Origin: Rhizophagus irregularis
Taxonomy: Eukaryota
Assembly (NCBI RefSeq): GCF_026210795.1
Contig: NC_089434.1
Location: forward strand, 4,278,001-4,342,000
Direction: 5' to 3'
DNA length: 64,000 nucleotides
Position numbers and translations under genes: made by a program. The notes under the pieces were generated by a model. The model was not told the DNA's origin, did not search any database, and worked only from the letters and a program-made list of their open reading frames with translations. Below, in pieces: positions 28,078 to 40,159 of this stretch (within the stretch, counting starts at the first letter, position 1; every line of letters begins with the position of its first letter).

Positions 28078-28311
28078 AGGACCCAGAAATATATATAAAA
28101 GGGTCAGGTTTGAGTTTGCGTATTTTGAACTAAAAAAATCATGAAAATCTTTCCTTTTTTAGATAATTTTTGATAATGCCAGTCAGAATTTTATTTCCTA
28201 TTATAGTAACCGACTGGCATTATCATAATTCCGGCCCTGAAAAAATGCGTACAGCTCATAGTAAAAAAATTTTTTCATCACCTGACCCCTATATATATAT
28301 TTCTGGGTCCT
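28078..28311. mobile_element. MITE with ~32-bp TIR and 8-bp TSD ATTATACT
   Basis: AGGACCCAGAAATATATATAAAAGGGTCAGGT / ACCTGACCCCTATATATATATTTCTGGGTCCT; ATTATACT at 28070-28077 and 28312-28319; internal perfect 14-bp inverted repeat at 28171-28184 / 28212-28225. Confidence 0.9.
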
Positions 28312-29149
28312 ATTATACTTCTGGATTTCAGAGGCAAACTTGAAAAAATTCTCTACAATGATTTCTTATGAAGTCTCCCATATAAGGATGACTGACTTAT
28401 CTAAAGTGTAATATGAATATATAATAGCTATTTTTTTTAATGATAATAATAAAATAATTGGTTTTTTTTTATTTTAACACCGAATAGTCTATAAAAAAGA
28501 TGTGTTACTAACATGACATCCAATAAATATATCAAAATTAGGAATCCATATTTATGTAACACGGAGAACAATCAATATTTTATTTATGATGATCCTTTTC
28601 TAAAAATTGTAAACTTTAAGAGCGAAAAAGTAATTCTTTTTAAAATAAATTCGTCCTAGTTTGTTAGATTAATATTTCTAGAAAAAGAGGCGGGTTGCTA
28701 ATTCTAGAATGGAATTTCCAACCATACACTTTTAATAAAAAATTTTTAATCGGCTTCATCCGTAAGAGATACATAAATGTATCACACAAAACAATATCTA
28801 TTAGACGCAGTAGGTGAAATTTATTGTTGATTTAATGCTTATCAATAATGGTATAACAGATAATATCAATTATTATTATTATTTTTTTTTGTTTGGGTAA
28901 TAATTGATTTTTTGTTAATCCCATTATAATTTAAATAGTGTATAAATTATTGTACCCTATTTTTTAAAACAAATGATTACTATAAATTAGTAAAATGAAC
29001 AATACTTGCTAATAATTTTAGAAATGTGTTACAAATACATATTAGCGTTTCATAATCAAACCAAATAAAGTAAAAAAAAGGAGGGTTGAAAAATTTTATA
29101 AAGGAGACGAAATTTTTTTAAAAAATTTTTTTTTTCTTTACACATATAT

Positions 29150-30170
29150 TTGCTTAATTTTTTAAAATTTTTCACAAAAAATTTATATTTCTTTACTCTC
29201 ATATGATCATCTATCAAAATTTTACCCAGAAAATTTTTTATAAAAAATTTCTTCAAACAAATCAGTCGGAATTATTCAAGAATATGATTCAAGAATTTTC
29301 CAAAATAATTCCAGTAGATGAACAGAGGTTATCAACAAGTGGTATATGGAAAAATGAAGCTAAAGGTGCAATTGAACTGAGCTCACGAACAATATTTGAT
29401 GATCTAAGCACCTTGATCAAAAAAAAAGGCTTTAGAGCACTTTCAAATAATGAATATACTTCATTAATTGAAAGTGCATCTTTTATAATGACCCGTAAGT
29501 GTTGTTCATTAAATATTTTTGATATTTGTAAATAATTAATATTTATTAAATTTTAATTCTATTACTTTACAGGAGATCATATTAAAGAATTTTATCCATT
29601 GATCATAATATTTATTATATTTATTGTAAATCTAATAATATTATATTTTTTGGCACGTTGGAAAAACCCTGAAGGAAGAAACATTGCCATATTTGAGACT
29701 GCATTAATAATGCAAAGATTTTGGTGTGGAGTAGTTAAAAATACTCCACACTTAATAGGTGTGGAGTTAAAAATACTCCACATTTAATAATTCCAACGTA
29801 AGAAATTTTGTTTAATATTATGTTATTTTTATTATTTTAAAAGTTAATTTAATTAATTTATTTATTATTATTTAGTATGGTATTTCTTATTGTACCACAT
29901 TACCGCAATTTCTTATTGGCTATAAATATTCTTTTGTCTGAAGTAGCTACGAATCCAACGTTCTTTACTTGGATTCGGAGCTTCCAACACTATTGTCAAT
30001 TTGTACATATTCAATAGTGTTGTGACGTACGATCTTGTACTTGGATTAGTTATAGGAAATAAACTAATTTTAAGATCGTATCACGCGTTAGTGAGATGGT
30101 ATCATCGACGTGATAAAATTATAGACTTTAATAGAAATAGACATTTATCAGCCAGTAATCTTAGAAAGTA
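29150..30170 (+). pseudogene. Truncated multi-pass membrane protein gene fragment
   Basis: IIPVDEQRL..IFDDLSTLIKKKGF, a GT-AG intron at ~29495-29572, then hydrophobic LIIIFIIFIV..ARWKNPEGRNIAIFETALIMQ, then frameshifted hydrophobic segments. No start exon seen. Confidence 0.55.
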
Positions 30171-30225
30171 AATTTAATAGAAAAAATATATAGTAAATAG
30201 ATTGTAAATTATTTTATTATTTATT

Positions 30226-30285
30226 ATTGCTAAAGCTCACCGACGGTGATGGTCGTGACCATCACTGCCGGTGAGCTTTAGCAAT
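30226..30285. mobile_element. 60-bp palindrome: minimal TIR-only member of the ATTGCTAAA family
   Basis: 29-bp arms (2 mismatches) around a 2-nt centre; the right arm is nearly identical to the right end of 23390-23519. Confidence 0.85.
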
Positions 30286-30552
30286 ACCCTTTAATTTTAC
30301 CATTAATTTAATAAAAATATAAATACTTTTAGACTGCACCATAAAAATGTATTCATTTTTTTTTTTGGAACATCGTTTATTGGATGAATATGAAAAGATG
30401 ATTGTCTCTGACCCAACAATAAATATTTTCTATTTGATCAATAAAAACCCTAATTCATTAAAACTTCAAACTGGCTCCCACATCCTATTAATTGCTTCTA
30501 TGCCAAAAATAACAAATTTTACACATCTTGTCATAATCAACTCAACAATTAA

Positions 30553-31470
30553 GTTTTTTATTTTTATTTTTATTTTATTTTACTTAGAAGGCGTGAATAC
30601 ATCGTTTAGTTACAGACTTGTTATGACTACAAGGCACAATATAAGTACACAGCTAAACTAGACATACAAATCCAACGGGCGGACCCACCCTTCGTTAGAA
30701 CGAACTGGGAAACATAGTCGCCATAGCAGTGAACGAACAAAGAAATTAGAAACTAAAGTAAAAATAGGGGACGCGTACCGAGAAGAATTAATTAAAGAAG
30801 AACTATCTATGAAAACAGAAAGTCTAGCGAATGATACCACGGTAAGTTATGAAGGAAATTTGAAGAGGTAAAATAAATCCACATGACGGTAATGTCAAGG
30901 ATGCGTCTATCATCGCCATACGGACATCGATACTGCCAAGGCGATTGTGTAGGTTGTCGTTGTGAGTGATCCCTCGAGGGTGACGAATATGTGTTTGTCT
31001 ACGTCGGTAGTTTTGGAAGGTCTTTTTAGATATGATTTCCATTCTTTGAATTTTGAGTTACGTGTTTTCCAAATAGTGTTGTAGATTTCAACGTGTAGAT
31101 CATGAACGAATGATAATAATAAACGTTTGATACGCTTCTTTGATTTAATAGCCGCTTGAAAAGGTGCTAAAAGTTCGTTTGGAATATAATTAAGTAAAAA
31201 AATCAAATAAATGTTTGTTTAATAAAATTTCTGACATCGGTTTTCGAGTCCAAGAAAATATGGCACAAAATCCGATAGCAACTTGCCAAGTACAAGCTGG
31301 CGAATCGGCATTCGCTTGTAATTTGATAGCAAAGTTGTTGAATATAGTAGGTATTAATAAAGTGATTGCTTCCGGGCATTGCCATAGATGAAGATTAGAC
31401 TCGTCTTCCATATTACATAAGAAACACGTTTTTACGCCTTGCGTGATATCAGGGTAATTTTTATTCATGG
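30553..31470 (-). mobile_element. Non-LTR retrotransposon 3' fragment with A-rich tail
   Basis: CFLCNMEDESNLHLWQC zinc finger, then IYNTIWKTRNSKFKEWK, a T-rich 3' UTR, and (TTTTA)n on the + strand at ~30553-30581. Confidence 0.8.
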
Positions 31471-31839
31471 TAACTCAACAATTAAGTACCGGGAAATTTT
31501 TCTAGGGGATATGTATTAATGAAAAGGTCGCATAACATACATCGATATTAATCGGACTCATCGAGTAATATCAATATGGATAAGTAGTGATAAATTATCT
31601 GAATTTAACCTAAATGGATATATCGATAAAAATCACGTCGAGTAATATCAATATGGTTAAATAGACAATAATCATCAGTAGCGTTAAATAACATTAGTTT
31701 ATTAAATAATATTAAATTATTTTAGCATAATTTTTATTACATTAATAAATTAATAAAATAAATTAATCAATCTATACTAAATCTATATACTAATCCCAAA
31801 AGTAAACGGTTAAAGTTAAGTTTTGCAAGGAAACTTTCT

Positions 31840-32560
31840 AATTGGATCCTTCAAAACCTAAAGAAAAACAAAAAAATGTTAAATGATTGTTTTGTTGAAA
31901 ATATATATATATATGTTTTTTAAAAAACAAGCCCGATATCTACCTTGAAAGAAATACCGATATCCACCTTCCCTGTAAAAAATCTGATCTGTGTTTTATC
32001 TTACCATTTTCACGGAATTTTTACGGAAGACACGGAGAAATAATGGAAATATTCGGATAAAAATTTTTTATAGGGCTTGAGAAATGAAGAATCGACCATT
32101 TAAAAAAAAGAAAAATAATGAAATGTTAGTAAATGCTTTGTTAAATAAATTTTTTAAAAAAAAATTTACCAATGTGAACTTCCCATGCGTTATTGTCAAG
32201 AGATACGGCCGTCTAAAAAAAAAAGAAAGATAACGAAATGTTAATAAACGTTTCGTTAAAATAAGTAAATTACAACTTCTGAAATCTACAAATAAATTAA
32301 TTATAGATTAAATAAGTGCTAGGCCACAAAAAGATTAATGAATTGGTTACCCTTTTGACATATTCAATTATGCATAATTTTAAATTTTTGTATGTTTTGT
32401 CTAAAAAAAAAAAGATTAATAAAAATATTTGTACAAGCAGTAGATTATCTAAACTATATCAATTTGATAATTTACCTGAACATATTTGATATTTTAATCA
32501 AATTCTCTTTTCTAGTTGATGATTTCAATAAATCAAATCTAGAATAATGTGCATCAAAAA
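31840..32560 (-). other. Micro-exon / short-intron array, degenerate, no clear ORF
   Basis: Repeated + strand CTAAAAAA...GTTA(G/A)...TTAC units, i.e. GT..branch..poly(T)AG on the minus strand; hairpin TAACGAAA/TTTCGTTA at 32231-32258. Confidence 0.5.
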
Positions 32561-34466
32561 TAAACAGTATTGTTAGTATTAAAATATTTCAAAAATTGCA
32601 TTTAGGATTAAGAGATAGTAAGTAATTAATATACATAAATATAAGTATATTTTTTTTAACTATGACTAATTTAATTATATGTAAATTTTTCGGATAATCG
32701 AGTTAATTATGAAAAAGATTTTGTAAAACAGAAAGTAAAGAAATAAAATGTTGATAGTATGCTTCTTTATTAAAAAAGATAAATATATTACTTCATTATG
32801 GAACTTATGAAATTTGATCCTTTTCAAAAGATTCTTTTATCTCCAGATTTTTTATTTTATTTTATTAAATGAAGAGGGTCGCAAGAGTGAGTGATACATG
32901 AGTAAATTACAAAAATACTACGCTTTTGTCTTCAGATGTATAATTGATTACACGTGATCAGGATACGATGTGATTGCTTGGAAAGATTCCTCGTGACTAA
33001 ATTTTTTATAAACTTTGGATAATTTGAATATTATCGTTATTATTGGATCAGAATCATCATAATCCACATGATATGTCAAAAAAAAAGATATTTCTATTGA
33101 GGATCAGTTAGATCAGATAATAAAAAAATTTTCAATTAACAAAATCAAAAGTTATATCTGGAGGTGATGAAAGTTTACGTCTGCAGGGATGAGTAAAATA
33201 TAACTAAAATAAAAATATTCGACAAGTCACGCATGAAATATTAAGACATCCGTTTCATAGTCTACATCGAGTGTTTTCTCCTAATATACGTTTGTGTAGT
33301 ATTAAGGAAAGAAAATTATGTTATCGTTACTATCGAATGATATTTAAGATCACGACGATGTAAATATCAATTAAATTTTGAAATTTTCGTCTTCATCGTG
33401 AAAATTTGTTATTATATATAGTTTTTAGATAAAATACTTGGCAAGTTCTAAAACAGGAATGATGAGAATGGGGCGAGTATGTATTATGATCGGAAAAGAT
33501 GATATTTTCTTAAAAAGATTATTACATACATAAATGATATATCCGTCCCATCTGTTCTACTTCGAGTTATCATGAATAAAAAGAAAAGAAATAATAATTT
33601 TGCGTCAGCGGCGGACACAATTGTAAAGCAGTTTTGCGTGATGCAGGTTATGAGAATTTAAATTTTTTCATCCTAGCATAAAAAAGTCGCATGTCAATCA
33701 CTCGAATTAAAACTCTAATTATGTCATTACTTCAATTCATTATGTAAAAAATTAAAATGTCCTCTTTCTCAAATAAACGATCGGGAACTGCCGATGATCA
33801 TTATTTTCACACAACCGAGTAATTGACCCAAATGAATTCCAATCATTCCAATCAGTTAACGTAAATATTCTATTGATTGTTCCACGAATTAACTTATTAG
33901 ATATGTATAATAACTTTTTAAAACAGCCTTTATTTTACGTTAAGGTGATGTAAATATAATTGTTTTTTTTTTCTCATCCCGGAAGGACGGAAAATATCTA
34001 CAATAAAAAATTTAAATTACAAAGGATGATGATTATTGGAATTTATATATAATGACAATCGTAAGAATTTTTACCGGCCCGTATTTCTACTCACCCAATT
34101 TCTAAATAAAAAAAAAATTTAAACCATATGTCTCAGTTGTCTCACGTTATTTATAAATAATCGTGTTACGATCACGTCTTCAAAAGTTTTATGAATTGCT
34201 AATTAATTCACGCCGAACTTATGATGATATTCTGTTTCCTAATCGGTTTTTATTTTGTTAAATTTAAAATCAATTATAAACAAAATTTGTAAATAGGTAT
34301 AAAGAACAATTTAAGGGGAGATCACCAAAGATATCTAAATATGAACGATCCTAATTTGAATTTGAACATGATATAAAATCAAACCGATTGAAAATAATAT
34401 TTTCCCATTTAAGATCTATATTCATCATCCAGAACAAACATCGTCCTGAACAACCGCCATCAATTA

Positions 34467-35565
34467 TTATTCGTATTCATCATAATCCTCAGATTCGGTA
34501 TCCACTTGGTTATTTTCTTTTGCATATTTCCATAGATCTGTATAGATAACTTTCCTAAATTTAATACTAGCTTCTCGGCATTTTGCGATCTTCATGATTA
34601 TTTCTCTCTCGATATTCTCTGCCATTAGTCTCGCAAACATACAAACAAATACTCCACAAGAACTTCCATCTACTTGCGGAGGGTCTCTATTTCGAAACAT
34701 TATATCCAACGAAAAATCAACTTGACGGTTCAAATTTATCTCTTCAATTACGTTCGAGTCATATTCACACGCAATTCCCTTACCCAACTTAACTTTATGA
34801 TTATATTCGTCATTCAACCAATTGATGAGATTCCCCCCAATAATGACGGCATCTTCTGTTGTTACCATCCCTAGTGAATCAAAGATAGCAATTCTAAACT
34901 GTTCCTTCATAAATATTGCGGCTAAGATCCAATGTGCCTCATTTAAATTAATTGGAATAAAGATAATATCTTTTTGAAAAATTTTAATTCTTTTTGTCCA
35001 ATGCTCGACAGAAGAATATTTGTATCCGTCATTTTTTGTTAACTTTGTATAAAAAAATGATGTAAGAGAAAATACACGATGAAATTTCGTATTCAAATAA
35101 GAGAGGTAGGCATTTATATGATCAGAAGAAAACCAAATATGTTTGTCACATAATTCATATAATTTTTCTGCCGTTATAGATTCGGAATTAATATATATAA
35201 CATCGTGATTGTTGTCTTCATTTCTTCTCAACCATTTCAACACTTCTAATCGGGTACTTTTTTCATAATTAAAAATTTCAGAAACTTCAGGAATTCTTTC
35301 TACTCTGTAGTAATGGTTGCTTCGTTGTCTTGTCGATCTTCTGAAGTTATAAACGGGTGGCGTACTCGTACTACTTGTACTAATTTTAAAATAAAAATTA
35401 TTTGTAAATAAAGTTAAAATACATTTTTTTTTTAAGAAACAAACAATAAGTTTTGGATATAATTAATTACCTTTCATAATAATCATTACTTGGCGTCGTA
35501 TCTTCGACAGTCAGTTCATCACTAGCCATTATAGCGTTATCCGTAATATCATAAAGGTCTGACAT
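34467..35565 (-). CDS. Ulp1/SENP-family (peptidase C48) protease, 2 exons, 335 aa predicted
   Basis: Exons 35565-35471 and 35379-34467 splice in frame (GT-AG). Motifs WFSSDHIN, FFYTKL, IPINLNEAHW (His), FDSL (Asp), PQVDGSSCGVFV (Gln, Cys). Confidence 0.9.
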
Positions 35566-36883
35566 CTTTTTTTTTGATATTTTTATTTGAATATAGAAAT
35601 TGTAGTCAAAACTTTCGAGAAACTGACGAAAAATGTAAGAAAGAGTAAAAGTATTTTTTTTTGTTTTTTTTTTTGTTTTTTGATCTTTTTATAACGAAAT
35701 TACGCGTAAAAAAAGTTGTTATCAAATACAAATTCTAAATCTGAAATAGTCATCAATATATGTTACTATAAGTAGTAAGCTAACGCAACATTATTTGATT
35801 AATTTAAAAAATCCGTACAACAATAAAAAAAATCACCCCTTTTCCGGCGTAAACCTGAAAAAAAATGTCACGAAAAATCACGTGGCATTTTTTCACCAGC
35901 GGTGCATTGTTTCCATTTTTTATAGGGACTTAGAAATTTATTTAGTAACAAAATCCTACTCGTCACGCACTATCCGTCACATGTGCGGCCATTTCGTCAT
36001 TTTACGCGCTGAATTTGTTACTGCGGTATTCACTGTACTACTATTACACGCTTCTCACGGCTTAAAATAATTTTTTTTTTTGATGCGTTTCTTTTACCGG
36101 TAATCCACCTTTGCGTTTACCATCCTTGTCACAGACTATATATATTTTTTGTGAGTATGATATATACCTCCGATGTTGTATAGTATAATTGACGAAAATA
36201 AAATAATTTATTTACTACACGTTTAGGTAATTAAAAAAACTATCGAAAATGCAATAAATGACGATAAACCAAAAAATTAGGTGAGACGTTAATTTTCCCT
36301 GCTTACACGAGATTTTGAAAAATCATTAAGGTAAGATTTAAGATTTAATACCAAAAAATTTTTCGTTTTAAAAGAAAATCTAGGGGATCAGTTTTTATTA
36401 ATACTTCAAATATTCTAACTTCAGTTGAATGATCTCAATCTTCATCTGATAAAGAGGCCGTAATAATTTATGTAAGTTCATGCGAGCTAATTTTCAGAAT
36501 AGTAGCAATTTCATTATTGATGGTGATATTACTATAACCGATCAGAACATGAATATGGCGATATGGTTGTCAGTACGTTTATAATGATCTTTGTTATAAT
36601 CATAGAATTTTACGAGAAAGGACGCGCAAAAATTAGCTATATGGATGTATAAAAAGAACATAGATCAAATTACTCAAGATTAATGATGTTATTTTTTTTT
36701 TAAAAAGTCAAAGTACGTATTTTGCTGAAACACATGATTTTAGAAATATCAGAGTTTTCTTATAGTATTTGAGTACTTTCCCAATCATCATGAGATTAAT
36801 ATTAAGGGATTTTTAATCTACACTTGAACGATATACACAAAGCGAGGAAATTTTGAAATTATTCTTAAAAAAGATAATTGGGG

Positions 36884-37880
36884 ATTACTAAACGTTGCCT
36901 GGGTGATTGTCGCCTGGGTTTTTTTTTTCAAATATGTTACATGATGTACAATATATAGAGTAAATTTATTAATCGGGTGATGGCTGATTTTTTCTAATTT
37001 TTGATCGGTTAAACTTAAAATTTTATTGCAAAAGATATTTTTAAAAAAAAATTTTTTTGCAAACATATTTATTCAATAATCTTATTTAATGAAATTTTAA
37101 AGAAAAAAATCACCATTACATCATATTTATTTTTATTGAAGTGATACAAATAAAAGAAACAATAACAATAAATAAAAAGGATAAGTAAATTACAAAGATG
37201 CTAATGATGAAAGGGAGTAAAAAAGAGTAATGAGAAGTGATAGGAAACAAAAAGGAAAAATAGGACATGATGAGAGATGAAAAAGAGTGATGGGAAACGA
37301 AAAGAAGTGATGGGAAGATGAAGAATGATGGAAGATGAAGAATGATGGAAGATGAAGAATGATGGAAGATGAAGAATGATGGAAGATGAAAAGGAGTGAT
37401 GAGAGACAAAAAGAAATGATGGGAAGTAAACAGGAGAAAAAGAGATAATGGAAAATGAAAAGATGTAATAGAAAATAATGGGAGACAAAAAGATGGAATA
37501 ATGAGAAGTAATGAGGTGAAAAATGATGAGAGACAATAAATAAAAAAACACCCTTATTAATTGTAGAACCGAAAGAACTAAAAAAAAATGGAATAAATTA
37601 GTGAAAAACGAAATATGAAACAGAAACAAAATAAAAAAAAAAGAGTAAGAAACGAAACGTAGTGAAAAACAACTGAACCTTAATTGCAGAACCGGAAGGA
37701 CTAAAGGACCTAAAAATAATGAAATAGAGTTAGTAAGAAACAAAGTGTAAGAATGTAAGTTAGAAATAAAAATAAAAGAAAAAAGAAAAATACCTTGAGA
37801 TCGAAAGAACCGAGGAAACTGAAAACGAGATTCACGTGATCGAAGACCAGGCGATGATCGCCCAGGCGATGTTTAGCAAT
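36884..37880. mobile_element. ~1-kb non-autonomous TIR element (ATTGCTAAA-like ends) with internal minisatellite and micro-exons
   Basis: ATTACTAAACGTTGCCTGGGTGATTGTCGCCTGG / CCAGGCGATGATCGCCCAGGCGATGTTTAGCAAT; 17-bp unit GGAAGATGAAGAATGAT about 4 times at ~37313-37390. Confidence 0.75.
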
Positions 37881-39553
37881 TTGTAATTATTTTCTTTTAT
37901 CCGGATCAGAATTCCAGCATTCTTTCATTAATTCAATAAGTGATCGTAACATTGAACGATATTCATCCATTTGTTGCATATAGAAAAGTGATTCAGCCTA
38001 TTAGAGAAAAAAAAAAATATTTTTAAATTTAAAGAAATTACTATATTATCTCTTTTAATTCCCTTTTTAATTTTGATTACAAACCTCTTCAAACCAACTT
38101 CGGTCCGCACTTTTAACATTCTCTAATTTTTTAACTATTACTTTTTGTTTTCCAAATTCCAAATCTTTTTAATAGCTGTTCATTCTCTGTGTTGTCCATC
38201 AATCCAATCTACTGAATAAATTTCAGAGCAACTTTTGTTAAATAATCTAACCTATCATATGAGATCCATTCAGCTACCGATTGGCATTTACGTATTAAAT
38301 TATCAATATCGTCATTTCTATTTTCTAGATGTCAAGTATAATAATTTGACTTTAAATAATTTGAACACAATATTCACAATATATGGAGGCCAAAACAACT
38401 TTTTTTACAATTTCCACAAGGTCTTGTTTGTAATTGTACTAGAAACGTTTTTTAACGTTTCGAATTTTTTTTTTAAAAAAAAAATTTATCGGAACGTTAA
38501 CTATACCGTTCTATTGTTAAAAAAAATCCCAGAAAATTTTTTTATACATACCGATCTATTTATTAAAAAAAAAATCCAGAAAATTTTTTTATATTTATCT
38601 ATTGTACCATACCGACCTATTATTATTAAAAAAAAAATTCTGGAATTTTTTTATACCGATTTATTATTAATGTTACTGGGAACAAAAAAAAATTTTGCTT
38701 TTTTTTAGATCGGATACACCGCTATTAGACTATTTAAAAAATACATTTTTGAAATTTTATCAGCTGTGTCTATAATAATACAAGTTATATGTATAACAAG
38801 TATGGTACGGTATGGAATTTGTTTTGAATTATATGAATTCAATTAATTTACAACTTTTATTATCAATAACAAATAGCACAGATTTTACCCGTATAAGTTA
38901 ACCTGGTACACATTCTTGACCGTCCAATAAAAATGAATGAAAATAATAATTTTACGCATCTTGTTCGCTAGCGTAACATTTTTAAAATAACTCTTTATTC
39001 ATTTATAAAATACAAGGATTCCTACAATTTTATTACAAATAAAACGAAATTAGAATTGACCGCGTACCGAACCTAAATTCAATATTATTCTTAATTGGTT
39101 TGAATTTTTAATCCTCTCAGTTCATTATCAAAGCCTAAAATTTCCAAACTATTAATCTCTTTTCCCTTATCTAATCTAATTAATAATTAACAAATAGATT
39201 AGTATTTATTTAGTAACTAGTCTATTTTAATGATCATATTCTTTAAATTGTACGAAAACTTTTTATTTTTCTTTCATTCTGTACAAATTTAATATTACGT
39301 TACTATTTTTTTTTCGCAATGGAACTTAGTGATGTTACGTAAATGATTTAAATAGGAGGAAAATATAAATAATCACTTTAATATATACAATACAGTATAT
39401 ACACTTCATTTTTTTACTTGTGTAAAAAAACGCATTTTTAGACAATACGTGCATATACTTTTTTTTTGTTACACAGCAAACATACTTCCCGCAGTCGAAA
39501 CAACAGATACGTAACCGTCACATGACAATTTACAACCAATATTATTTATTCAC

Positions 39554-40128
39554 ATGCCATCATCTTCATCCTACATCAATCTTTTGTACGAAAAAAATTC
39601 TTGGATACTTCTATATTTAAATCTTACAAATTTGATAAAGAACTTTCAAATTCTATACAAGGAATTAATAATAATAATGATATTAATAACAATAACAATA
39701 TTATTCATAGAAAATCTATAGCGATACCGATTTAATATCGAATCCAAGTAAATATTATAAAGATGTGGAATGGAAAACTTTAATAAAAGAAAAATTTACT
39801 ATCACGATAACAATAATATTATCTCCAAAACAAATTTCTTCTATTGATAATGTATTGTCATCTCCTAATGGTGAAGTTGATATTTCATTATTAGTACCTC
39901 CCCTGATTCCGATATACAATTTGATCAAATAATACTGATGAATGGAAAGAATTCCTTTATAATTATGCTCAAGGAAAATTTAAGAAAATAGTTAAAATAA
40001 TCGCAAGAGTTGAGGATAATAATAATGATAATAATAACGAAATATCTGTATGATTTTATTATAGTATGATTTTATTTCATTTGATATAATCCAAAAAAAC
40101 CAAATTCTCTAAACTATTGATTGTCGTA

Positions 40129-40159
<31 letters not shown>

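Noticed and set aside
37116..37743. Hydrophobic 97-aa and 180-aa ORFs
   Set aside because: Translation of the pyrimidine-rich strand of a minisatellite.
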